The notes under the pieces were generated by a model. The model saw nothing but the letters and a program-made list of their open reading frames with translations, made no database searches and was not told the origin of the DNA. Positions 23,758-35,790 of a stretch of DNA of 64,000 nucleotides are shown here, piece by piece (position 1 is the first letter of the stretch; each line of letters opens with the position of its first letter). A program made the position numbers and the translations under genes. Origin of the DNA: Marsupella aquatica (taxonomy: Eukaryota > Plantae > Marchantiophyta). The stretch lies in contig OZ316892.1 in the NCBI GenBank assembly GCA_973895155.1, positions 26,807,233-26,871,232 on the forward strand. The letters are read 5' to 3'.

Positions 23758-24777
23758 TGGGGAAGGCAGCCATTCACCAGGGTGGTGACAGGAACCTATG
23801 GTAGTCAGCAGGCAAGTGACAGGAGCTATGGCAGTCAGGAGGCTTGACCACTGACCTATGGCAGCTGGGGTGGGGGGGGGGGGGAGCAGGTGGCCAGAGG
23901 GCTATGGAGTTTTGTTTCATCAAACAAAAATGGTCAAATGTGCAATTCATCAAATAATGTGAGACAGCCAATGTGGTACAAGCACATAACTATCCAGCCA
24001 AGCTAGCATGCAGACGAAGAAAGTTGGCACTTCAATAAGCACGCTTGTCACCCGTGAAAAATGCATAAATTGAACATTTTGTGGGTTAACAAAAATCTGA
24101 AATGAACGGTGCAGATTTTTCCTTTGAACATGTACCCAAAACATCCTTGCGGAAAGAAAGATTCCTTGTTGATTTCCCGTCCCTGTTTTTGTTTACATCC
24201 TCACTTTTGATTATGCCTTCAGGGAGAAAAGTGCCACAGAGTACAAAGGAATAAACAAAAGAGGTCCCAAGTGGACAAAACCAAAAGTAAAAGAGGTGAA
24301 CAAAAAAAAACCCCTAAAAAAACCAAGAACGAGGAACTAAAAGAAGGGAGAGACACTAGGCTTCACTCTAGACTGTAAGCCCTGAATCCTAGCTTGGCAT
24401 TGTGATTTATTAGCTAGATTAATATAAACAAGCATTGGCAATATCACAAAAAACATTATTCTTAACACATGAATGAGGATAAATTTACATTAAAATATCA
24501 CTCATTTCAAAACATAATAATTATGTAGTATCGTTAGTGTTTGCAATCAATTAGAAATATCCACGACTAAATATAGAAATTATGAGACAAAAGTCGCATG
24601 ACAAGCAAGGTAGTCCAAAATGCCTTGACAAAATTTTGCAATCTAGATGGAATCTTAAAAACAAGGTGTAAATTGTTGCTATTAGTTCCAACTTTTTAGT
24701 ACATTTTGCACTTTTATCAACTTTCCATTCCCCAAATGTATATACACTAGCCCCTACTACCAGTTCTTCTTTGCACT

Positions 24778-25163
24778 TGAATAGAGGGGAGGACAATAAA
24801 AATATCACCAAAATATATACCTTCCTTACAGTATTTGAATGATAAAAACCCATCATGCAGATATCATTTTAATAATTATACACAATATACCATATTTTTG
24901 GCTATGTACATTTCTTTTCTATGCATATATGTTATGGTGGGGGCATAGAACACATTTTTTAATGCAAATAGAAATCATGACAAAAAGCATGCATGATTAC
25001 CATTTGACATATATCATAGTCATGAGTTTTCCATCCACATGATGGGCTCCATCCACATAATGGGCCATGGAATTAATTACTGTCTCAAGGCTTCACTATA
25101 GAAGCCTAGGCCACAACCCTGGCTTATAGTTGGCACTTTATAAGTAAGATATGAGAGTGTCAA
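24778..25163 (+). repeat. Dispersed AT-rich repeat, copy A (direct copy at 31606-31962)
   Basis: Collinear blocks ggggaggacaataaa, atcattttaataattatac, atatgttatggtgggg, aaatagaaatcatga, catgagtttt..ccatccacatgatg, aggcttcact.tagaagc, tataagtaagatat shared by both copies. Confidence 0.85.
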
Positions 25164-26000
25164 AGAACAAAAGCTACAAATTGGGAGACAGGATCCCAAA
25201 GACACATACTTAATAGAGGGGAGAAGAGGTAAAAGGCAATGAATTTTTTAAATTGCTAGAAACAGCAAACACTTAGCTTTGAAGGTATTTAATACAAATT
25301 TTCAATGTTAGATTGGATCCCAAACTATATTTATGGAATAAAATAATTAATATTTGTTGCTCTAAAGCAAAGTTAGAATACGGTGATTTACTTGGTTATC
25401 CTAAGGATACATTAAAATGCATTTATTAATGGTAGGACGGTAAAATTTAGTAAGATGTGATTTAAGAAACAAAGTGAGAATTAAATCAATATATTAACAG
25501 CAGATTTATAATAAGAGTCACTATGGGGTATCATAATAATGACTTAGAAGTTTAAGGAAATTTAAAATAACTATTGACATTATATAAACAAGGCTTATGA
25601 AATCTGAAAACTATATGGTAAGTTTGTCTTACAATTATTATTACCTATAATTATCCGTGTATTACACAAAAGATGTCAAGGAGAAAAGAAGATGTCAAGG
25701 CGACCCAAGATCCATGAGAGTCAAAGATGGTGAGACGAGACAAAGATGTTGCAGAGAGCAAATGAAATATCTTAAGACGAGACAAGGATGTCAAGGAGAG
25801 ACCAAGAAATGCAGACGAAGCTAGAAAATATTGGTAAAAAATGATTGTTGTTACAACTATTGTGTCATTTGTGTAGTCATGTTTGTTGGCACAAAAGTTC
25901 CATCAATTTGATTGGGTGATTTTTTCTGCAAAGACTTTATCGATCAATGGAGAGCAAGTCAGTGCAAGGGTGCAAGGATCCAAGATGGGTCAATTTACCA

Positions 26001-26600
26001 TCATGTTCTAAACTCCAATTGTTGATTTTTTGGGCCTGAGTCCTTGGTTGGTGCTAGGATAAAAATTTCACTTAAGAAGTTATCATCCGCATTCAAAAGC
26101 GATGGATAGATTGCACTAATCAAAGATTCCACAGGTCCTCCCTCCACCACCATAGATTCTGGGCATGTATAACGATTATTTGTAGGTCCCTCACTTGGGA
26201 GTTTGTCATCGCCCAATGCGAGAAGTCACTCTGCAAATGCAAGATTACCAAATTCAGGAGATGCAGTTCCTCTTGCCCGCACATACTTTTTGGTTTTTTT
26301 GTTTTTTCTATACTACTCCAGATGTAAGACTTCTCCAAACACAACCTCACAATCTCCAAACAACTCGCCTTGCCATCAGGGGAAGTCCGTGTCAAAAATC
26401 TCCTCCAAACTCAACCACATACAACTCTTCCAAAAATTTGGTCACAATCTCAAATGTTATGTAGCATTCTATCCAACGCCTCAACTCCTTGCCGATGGAT
26501 CATGGGGGTTTCATCCCATAAAATAAAAGTGGCCCTTTGTAAATCTGGCAAGGCCAAATTGATTTTTTTGAAGGGCCCAATGCCCGTTTGTTGCACAGAG
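26001..26600 (-). mobile_element. Decayed Helitron RepHel PIF1 helicase fragment
   Basis: Minus-strand motifs in canonical order with stops and frameshifts: LQRATFILWDETPMIHRQGVEALDRML (Walker B), FGGDF*, LEKSYIWS, FAE*LLALGD, LISAIYP, ILAPT. Confidence 0.85.
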
Positions 26601-28500
26601 GATGTCGAGGAGATAAAAACAGGGCATGCCCTCCTCACAGGAATACGTACATGGTGCCCTTGTATGCCATATTGCCTGTGGCCCCCATCCTTATTTTTGA
26701 CAATCTAACAATCAATAAATTTGACATCATGGCATCATGTTACATCCAACGGTTTAGAAACCAACTTGCCTTTTCACTTTTTTGTAAGCAGATGATCCCA
26801 ACATTTGGTGGGATGTCATATTATAGTGTGTAGATTATGACTACTTACAAAGAAGAAACTTATATTTTGTTAGATTATCATGCATTATTTGGTGGCTAAA
26901 AGTGTCTCTTGAGTATCCATTTGATATGGTCCAAACACTTGATAAGTTGTTTTTTACACAGATCTATGTATGTTTAATTCCATGATGCAATGGAGATAGC
27001 TTGTGTCATAGGTGCTTGAATAACTTTCTCTCTACAAGGATCCCTTAATCAACACTATACTTTGCTTGTAAAATGGTTTCAACAACCTTAATGCTGATGT
27101 TTATATAATCACCTTTAACAAACAATTCCCAGATTAAAAAATTGGATGAGTATATAGATGTTTGGGCACTTGGTGGTGAGGTAGCTCCCTTCTTCATGGC
27201 CAACATGCATGGTGTGTTACTCTACTGAAGCGAATGGCCAAACGGACTGAGTGATATCAACCCATGCACCCCTAGCGTGCACCCCTTGCGTGAGTAAAAG
27301 GACCAGAGGCCAAGCCATCAGCCTGTACCACATGCCGGAGCAGATTGTGACGAAGTAGTACCAACCTCCTTAAAAGCAAAGTAGGATGGACAATTAAAAG
27401 TACCTGGCAAATTCTAAGGTGACCCCAAGTTTGTACAGATGGGCAGGGGATGCACTCTCCATGGTCTCTTAATAAACCACAACTCCTCCTACAAGAGCCT
27501 ATGGAGGGCTCTGCATTATGCACAGGGCTTATTTGAAGACTTCTCCTCCCTCAAAGAACATGAGGTGCTCTCTGCGCCTCCCAACCGCCATCGGATTTTC
27601 TCTCCCCTTGTCTATTGCCCACCATTGGATGTGATCAAGGGCTCAAAAGAAAGCTCTTACCGAGATCTGCAGTCGGTAAAAATTCAGCCCAAACTAGAGT
27701 GTTACTTAGGGAGAAAAAAGGAAAACCAGTCTCTTTTGATATTATTGATTGATTTCAAATTCCCTTGATCTTGGTTGGCCATTCAAATTCTACTATCTTG
27801 ACCGTCCATTTTTTTGCATCTAGCCATCTCATCCGTCCATTTTAGACGGTGATATAGGGATCAAAAGAAAGATCTCAACGAAATTTATGGCTGGGTTTTC
27901 TTCATTCCAAAAATGAATAGTATTTTTTCTAAATGAAAGTAAAACTAAATGTGTTTCTGGCCCGCCTGCACTCTGCCCGTTGCCCATTTCCTCTATACAA
28001 ATCCTGAACGAGTATAATACAGTCCACTACATAAAAATGGCTTATGGACCTGTAATTGTGGTTTAATGGTTTTCAAGTTCAAGGACATGCCACCATGGAT
28101 GCCCGTTTGGTAATGGACAGGGTGAAAAGGGTAAAGAGAACTTTTTCCGGTCACATTAGAGTGGAAATGTATGTTATTTGAGTCATCTCAAGGTTGTGAG
28201 CAAGTCTATTCAAGCTTCACAGACAACATAGAGGTCCATCCACCTTGTTTTCCAATTGTAGGGATAATGTCATACATATTTTAAATAAATTGCCACTAAA
28301 GATGTTTATTTTACAATAATGTCACTATTTTATTTATATTTACAAATATGCCATGGTTTTTTAATATAGTTTCCTTGGTTACTTTGGTAAATTTGTCATC
28401 CATACACAAAACCATGGTATTTTGTAAATACAAAAAAACTATGACAATATTGTCAATTAAAACAATCATCTTTAGCTGCAAAATACTTAAAAGTTGTAAT

Positions 28501-28862
28501 TCTACACTATTCACCCTAATTAGTGTTATGCAAGAATTAGTGTTATTTTCCAATCACTAATTTTGGTAATAATGATTTTGAGTCCAATTAACACTAATTT
28601 CTGTCGGTTTTCAAAACATGTTGTTTTCATTTTAGTTTAAATTGCTTGGAAAAAATGGATGATCTTGAATCCAAAATAACACTAATTGTTGTGGATTTTT
28701 CAAAATAGTTTTTTTCTCTGTAATTTACCACTCTTAAGACCATAGTAACACTAATTCATGTGCGGGAAAATACTGTTAGCACAAAATTAGTGTGACTAAC
28801 ACTAATTTGCAAGTAGACCCTGAAAATGGACTCTCCAATTAGTGTTAGTCACACTAATTTTG
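28501..28862 (+). repeat. Dispersed element with AATTAGTGT..ACACTAATT palindromic subrepeats, copy A
   Basis: Reverse-complement homologue at 45270-45602; many AACACTAATT/AATTAGTGT motifs, including hairpins aattagtgt-gacta-acactaatt. Confidence 0.8.
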
Positions 28863-31605
28863 GTGAATAGTGTATATTTTCACTTTTTTCTTCTTCAAAG
28901 GAACCATGTAAAACTTAGTCTGTGCTGCAATGATTGCTTGCACTAACCTAGTGAGTACTTGTTGGTACAATGATTGAGTGTCACCAACCTCCCTGTAATT
29001 ACTTGTGTGTGCAATGATTGCTTTAAGTAACCTTCTAGTGATTACTATAGTGTACCTGGGCTTCCTACCAGTGTTAAGTTAGGTGGAGGCCGGACGGGAA
29101 TCTGGCCGTTCATTTAACGAGCAATAATCAACGTTGTCAAACACTTGTTTCATGTTTACTGTAAGGACTAGATGTACATGGACAAGTGTCATGTACTATC
29201 ATCTACACTTGTCAAGTCCACATCTTTCCAAACCTACTGTACACAAGTATTGTGCACCAGCAGACCAGTTGCTCTCCTGACCTACTATGAAAAGTAGTGT
29301 GTACCAGCAGACCACTTGTTCCCCTCAGGGTTTTGCAAAACTCTTGTGTGAGCAATAGAGGTATCCCTAAACCACTCAAAGCTGGGTGAGTCATAAATAC
29401 TTTTGACTCGGGTTCAAGGTGAGTTAAGGTTGAAACCAAACATGAAGTAGTCTGCGTTTGATTAGAGACAAAACTCCAAAAATGCCTCCCTGCAGACTCA
29501 CCTTATCCTAACTTACCCAGAGTTATTAAAACAAGAGCAATGTCTTAGCCTACAAGAGACTTCAGGTGCTGAGAGAGAAGAATTTGAATTATCCTGGCTG
29601 TAGAGGACTCATTCAGAATGGAAATTGAAGGATGGTGAAAAGCATGCCTGGAATCTGGAGAAGCAGCATTTGAAATTGGAGGTGTGGGGTCCTTCTTGCT
29701 TTTCTATGGAGTAGGCTAGTCACTCAAAATCTATCAAGTACCAGTTTTAGCGTCTCCCTCCTTTGGATTGATCAATGCATAGATTGCCAAACAGTAATAT
29801 GATGCTCCTTCACATGATGCGTGGGCTCAAGATGGCCCAGATTATTCCAAATATTTATAATGAATAAATCCCCACTCCTTCGGCTTGAGTGCAATGTATG
29901 GTACATTCTCACATATATTCTTGAAACTGAGATTTGATCACGTTTTGTGAATTTTCTTGGTAATGAGCTCATACTTTAGAAGGATTTCACAATTAATTAG
30001 GTTATTAGGCCTCACTAAGTTCAACGTGAGCCACAGAGATGAGAAGAATCAAAAGATCAAACTAAAAATGTGATTGTCACACCTTGAAATAGAGGTAAGG
30101 ACAGACAATAAGGCTCTTCAACAATAAGGTTTGCTTTGGCCATTTAGAGAGACTCACCATGTCTGCAGTCTCCGTCTCTTATCCTCAACTTCAGTTGCTT
30201 CCCCAAAGTCATCGTTGCTTCACTAAATGTTGGAATTTGTGGGACAAATCGGGCACCTAACCATATTTATTTGAGGGTTGGAGGGTAGGATATTGTTTTG
30301 ACAATACCAACAAGGTGCCCACAGCAATGGAATGAATATTCATTCCAAAAGCTTAACATATTGTGACCCCGATTGTGACACATGAAGACTGAATGAATGG
30401 TTCCCGGCTTTGTATTTTCTATTGCCTATCCTCCTTGTCGGATTAGTCATGTATTTCATGCAAAAATACCCTACCACAATGTCTCAGTAGTAGACCTCAA
30501 TCTATTCAGTCAATGAACATATACAAAAAAACTTTCATAAGCACACTATGCTTACAAAAGAGCAAGATCCTTTATTATAGTATGTAGATAGATAAATTGA
30601 GGTCAACTAAGGGCAGGCACTCAAGTATAAGCAAATAAGAGTCTCTTATTGTGCTTTAAACAAGAAAATGTGGAAGAATGGCCCACTTGAGAGGTATTTG
30701 CTTGATCGACCCCCAAAATGAAACTTGTTACTTGTTACTTGTCACTTGATCAACCCCCTGAGATCTATCAAGTGTCCACATCTGAGATCAAAAGGTCCAT
30801 CAGTGGTCCAGATTGGGGAAAATATAGAGGGGGTTGATTAAGCAAACTTTTTCCAGAAGAGGATCTACTAAGCATATCTCTATTAAATGTAAGAGTTTCC
30901 TTAGTCTTTGGCAAATGTTATAAAAATGATATTGTCATGATTGCCATGGGTGTACCAAGTTTGGGACTTTGTGCACTTGGTACAAAGTACTGGTCATGTA
31001 GGATTGAGGAGTACAAACACTCCTTGATCCTCCGCACTCCTTTTCTGGATCTAGGTAATTTCATATCAAAATATGGTATATATCGTGTAGGATAATCTTT
31101 CTCCCCATCCCTTTTCTCCCCATCCCTCTTCTGGTTTCTTTGTAGCTCCTCCATGTTAGGGTTCCTTCCCAGATTGTAAGATCACCATTGCAAAATAAAG
31201 AGGGAGTGATTATTATAAAGTTTAATGTATTTGTTTCAAACAGGCCCGGTGTGTAAATTTCTAGAAGTGGGCCCTGTCAACATTTTTATGGGGAAGGCCC
31301 AATTAAATTAGTTTCTGGAAGGACCAACAGCTTTTTTCTAGTGCCAGGCTCCAACTGAATGACCAGTCTTCTCCAAGCTTTTTGTCTTGATTCTCCAGTT
31401 TCCCACCTAACCACAATTCCATTAGCCAGGATTTGATAGTTATCCTTAAATCTAGGGCAATGTAACAATCTAGAGATACAACAACCTATGGATCTAAGGG
31501 TCAGTACCCGGTAAGGAAGATAGGAAAATTACCCTTGGACCAACCCCAACCAGTTTCAAGAACCATGTTAATGAAAACTAGTCCGGACTACCCCTTCTTT
31601 GAATG

Positions 31606-31962
31606 TGAATAGCGGGGGAGGACAATAAATTTGTCACCAAATATATTCCTTATTCACATTTTTTAAAGGTTAATGAAATGATAAAAAAACCATCATACAT
31701 GTCATCATTTTAATAATTATACATAATATACTATACTCTATTCTATCACATATGTTATGGTGGGGCTATTGAATTCATTTTTTAATATAAATAGAAATCA
31801 TGATAAAAAACATTGATAATTATCATTTGTCATACATGATAATCATGAGTTTTCCCATCCACATGATGAACCATAGAGGTACTATCTAGAGGCTTCACTC
31901 TAGAAGCTAGGCCCCAACTCTAGTTTGTAGTCGGCTCTTATAAGTAAGATATAAAAGTCAAT
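31606..31962 (+). repeat. Dispersed AT-rich repeat, copy B (direct copy of 24778-25163)
   Basis: See copy A. Confidence 0.85.
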
Positions 31963-31971
31963 GAGATGATC

Positions 31972-31975
<4 letters not shown>

Positions 31976-32008
<33 letters not shown>
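31976..32008. repeat. (AG)16 microsatellite
   Basis: Perfect AG run. Confidence 0.95.
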
Positions 32009-32013
<5 letters not shown>

Positions 32014-34328
32014 CCACTTGGGCCCTCTTTTGTTTGTTCATTTGTACTCTGATTGGTCCCTTTGTATATAAAAAGTGTGTATATTTCCCTTTTAACTGAG
32101 TCCTAATAGTTCCCAAACTAGTATGGTTTTCTCCTAGCAACGGTCTTGGTTAATCACTTGGCTGGTTACTATCAAGCACTTAACTAAGTTCAAGGTTTAA
32201 GTTGCATTTAACACAAAAACAACAAAATTCTAGTTGATATATTGGTAACCCAAAGTTGAAAATGCCACCCAAACACAAAGAGTAGATGTAGCGGGTGAGA
32301 AGACAGGAAAGTTTTGTCACTACACCATGCTAGAAAACCCTGAATATACACCATTTTGGTCACAAGAAGTAGCCAAAGCCTTACTTGAAATATCTGACAT
32401 TTTGGTTCATTTTTGCAGTAAACTGCAAATTTGAGACTCCTATTTTGGCTGGCAACTGGCTAGCCATATGAAGCCTTAGAAATGCTCTAGATATTAAAAA
32501 ATTAACAAAAATCAAAAGGCACTAAGAACCGCTCTTGTGACTCCCTAGCCATGCTTTCCTCGCTAGCAAAAGTACCTATCTACTTGCGTCACACAAAACT
32601 TAGACACAAACTACTTCTGCAACCCTATCAATTATCGTCGAGCTTTATGGAAGCAATCTATAAACCAAATGTTGTACCATGAACAGGACGTATCACAATC
32701 TATCTGGGTTTATGAGAGCTTAAATTGAATGGAGCATATGGGGTTGTGACATAAATGCACTTTTTTCTGGTAGATTGCATCGGGAATTTCAGCTAAAAGA
32801 TTTTCAGTTGTTTTTGCACTCGTGAAACTACTAAAAATTAACACTTCTTTAACAAGGTATATGTAGGATGGACCTTGGCAATGAAAAGTGTTCGTTCGTG
32901 GATCACATGAGTGGTCTACATGGCTGATAGACTTTGATGGAACTTGAATCAAGGCACCCAAAAACATCACCAGTGGGTTGGTTTGAGAGAAAACTTTGGC
33001 GTGGGGGTCCATCAAGCATTGACCTACTTCTTGAGCCTCTTGAGCTAGAGTGGTTAGGGGTGACTTGGAAGACTTTTGACCAACAGTTTCAACTTCAATC
33101 TCTGTCCTAGTTCCAAGTGTTGCGTGACAATTGACCTATCCATGTAGGTCCTGACCAATTTTGTGAAATTTTTGAAAGAAAAATCTACGAAAGAACCATT
33201 TGCTCAACCAGGCGTGACTAGGGGCTCTTTGTTGACAAAAATAGTCATGAAATGCAGAAGGTAGTGCTAAGGCAAAAAATTGTGTGAAAACATGTTTAGC
33301 TACAAAATGATGTAATTTTGTGTTGCAAAGTTTCTCAAAAATATGCACCAATAAGTTGCTGGGGCTCTGTCCCCGTTTCCCGTTAAAAATAAAAAATAAA
33401 AAAATAAAAAATGCACCAATTGAGCCTACAGTCATGTGTTTAAGGATAGCTCTAAAGTGTTCTGTTTCTGCTCTAAATAACCTGGGGCGGGTTTAATGCA
33501 TTATCCTTTCCCATGTTGTAGGGCAAATATATAGAATACAAAAACATAAAATGGGGAGTTTATATGCCTTCAAGCCAATTGCACTGAGTAATCTTCGATG
33601 GTTTACAATGAAGAACACTTCTTGTGGTGTGAAGCTCTCAAAAGGATAGGAAAATCTATGAAAAAGTGGACTAAAAAATCCAACCTCAAAACATATTTTA
33701 TATTCTACGTTCCACATGTTTATGTGGTTTGCATTTGCCCAATTCTTTGCAGTCTGGTGTTTGTCCTCCTGGACCTTTTGTGCGTTTAATCTTCGTACTT
33801 TGTTTGGCCTGTTTTTAGAAAATTGATCGCTTTCTTCCCTCACCAAAAATCTCGAAGAAAAATTCTTAGAGTAAGAAGTGAGTAAGAAGTGAGTAAGAAG
33901 TTTAGCAAAAGAATATGACCAAGGTATTTCGGGATCCCAAACAAAGAAACGTCAACTTTTCATGTTACGATCAATCAACGGCCGGGATGCGAACAATTGT
34001 AACCTGTCGTTCCCCTCGACATGCCGACGGTACGTCGTCCTATCCGGCGACGGCGGACTAACCTGGGTCACACCACTGTCACACTGGTGCGTTGGACGTG
34101 ACTCTATTGTGGATCACCACCAGTGATGAGATTGATGACATCGTCTGCGTTCGTGTGGCGTTCATGCGCATCTGGTCCCCAGCCCCGTCCCTAGAGTGTC
34201 CCAAGGACTCCCGTGCGTTCCGTTACCTTCCTCTCGGTGGGGTCGTCCCAAAGTCTCGCTTCTTTCTCGGAATGACGTCCCAAGCAATAGAAGATGCTAA
34301 GAATATCTTAGATTAATTTCTTAGAGTT

Positions 34329-34448
34329 TGGGGTGTGTCCTTTACTAACTTTTGAGTTTAGATCTCCCCAGCTTTATGGAGAATGGGGTGTGTCCTTTAC
34401 TAACTTTTGAGTTTAGATCTCCCTAGCTTTAAGGAGAATGGGGTGTGT
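34329..34448. repeat. 55-bp tandem duplication plus partial third copy
   Basis: tggggtgtgtcctttactaacttttgagtttagatctccc.agcttta.ggagaa at 34329 and 34384; tggggtgtgt again at 34439. Confidence 0.9.
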
Positions 34449-35790
34449 ACTTTTCTCAATTTTGCACAATTGTTACCAGGTCAAGGGCTTGCTAGTGATA
34501 CAAGGACTTTTAGAAATATTTTAGTGGTTTATGTGCCAAAATCAATGGCCCAGATCTGACCCTACATAGATTTAATGGCTATGATGTAAACATAAATGAA
34601 CATTTTTCTAGGAAGAGGCTTCTGAATTTGCCATAAATGTCTTCTGCCCCAAACTCCAAAAGAAAATTCAGGTGGGAAAGCTACAGTAGGCTGAATTTTG
34701 CAAACAATTACTCACACTTTTTAGTGGAGTAGAATTTAGAGATGTTTTCATATACATTTGTACAATAGAGTCCTGTTTCCAAAGTATTATAGGATGTAGT
34801 GCCCCAACAAACAAGAGCTGAGCTCAAGTTTTGAGTGGTTATTATTGTTTTTAATATGTCGGAGAGTTTTCTTTTTTTCCAACTCGAAAAAAAAGTAGAA
34901 TATAATTTTACTAACGAGGTGATGCATATTTTGAAGGGGGCATTATGCTCCCGGGATGCCCTGAACAATACAAAATGAAAAAATAACGAAGAGCAGTAAT
35001 TAAGCTCCTATAATATACTTTGACTTCCAAGGACTCCGTGGCGTTCCGTTCCTCGCTTGTGGGGTCGGTCCTTCGTTCGAATCGTTTCTGTCACCGCGAC
35101 GCCTTCCTCGTTCGCTTCGCTACCCCCGTGTGGGACCAACAGCGGAGCTCCCTCTGCTCATTTCCCTCACTGATAATATTGTACCTATTCATGCATTCAC
35201 TCTGTTTATTCTCCCCTGCTTTGATTCTCGTCCCACAGCCATCTTGTCATCTTGAGCTCCGCTGAATCTCTGCGTCGCGGGGACATGTACTTCTCCTCGC
35301 TCCATCGCAACAGGAGAAAGGACGAGGACGAGAAGGTACGGAAGATAAGCGTGGATAGAATCTGTACAGAAGCGTTGGTTTTTGCTCAATTTCCTCATTT
35401 TCCTGTGCATTGTTCCGATCCTTGACACGAGTGTTGTTTTGCATTGTTCTGATTGTCGACACGAGTATTGTTGTGCATCGCTTATTTGGCGAGCGCATTG
35501 TTCTGACGCTCGACACGAGGATTATTGTGCATCGCTTATTTAGGGAGCGCAGGTCACGAAGCTGAAATGAAAATGCTTGGGTCGGGTCGGGTCGGTCTGG
35601 AGCAATTGCTCGATGCATATTTCAGCATTTATTGATTGAGTGGTGTGCGCTTTCTCAATTTCAGAACAGGGAGACGGAAGCCGAAGGAACAGGGGAAGGA
35701 AAAGGGGAGAGGGGGAGGGAGCTGAGCTGAGTTTTGTGTTGGTTGGCATCGGATCGGTCGATCGAAAGAGGAGCTAGATTCGAGGGAGAG

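Noticed and set aside
28025-28040. CACTACATAAAAA as a CACTA transposon terminus
   Set aside because: No matching inverted terminus or 3-bp TSD found by eye.
33555-33650. Possible LINE 3' zinc-knuckle remnant (C...C...NEEHFLWCEAL; similar trace near 46175-46265)
   Set aside because: Only a few residues, with a stop, and no adjacent RT motifs; plausible but not supportable as a feature.
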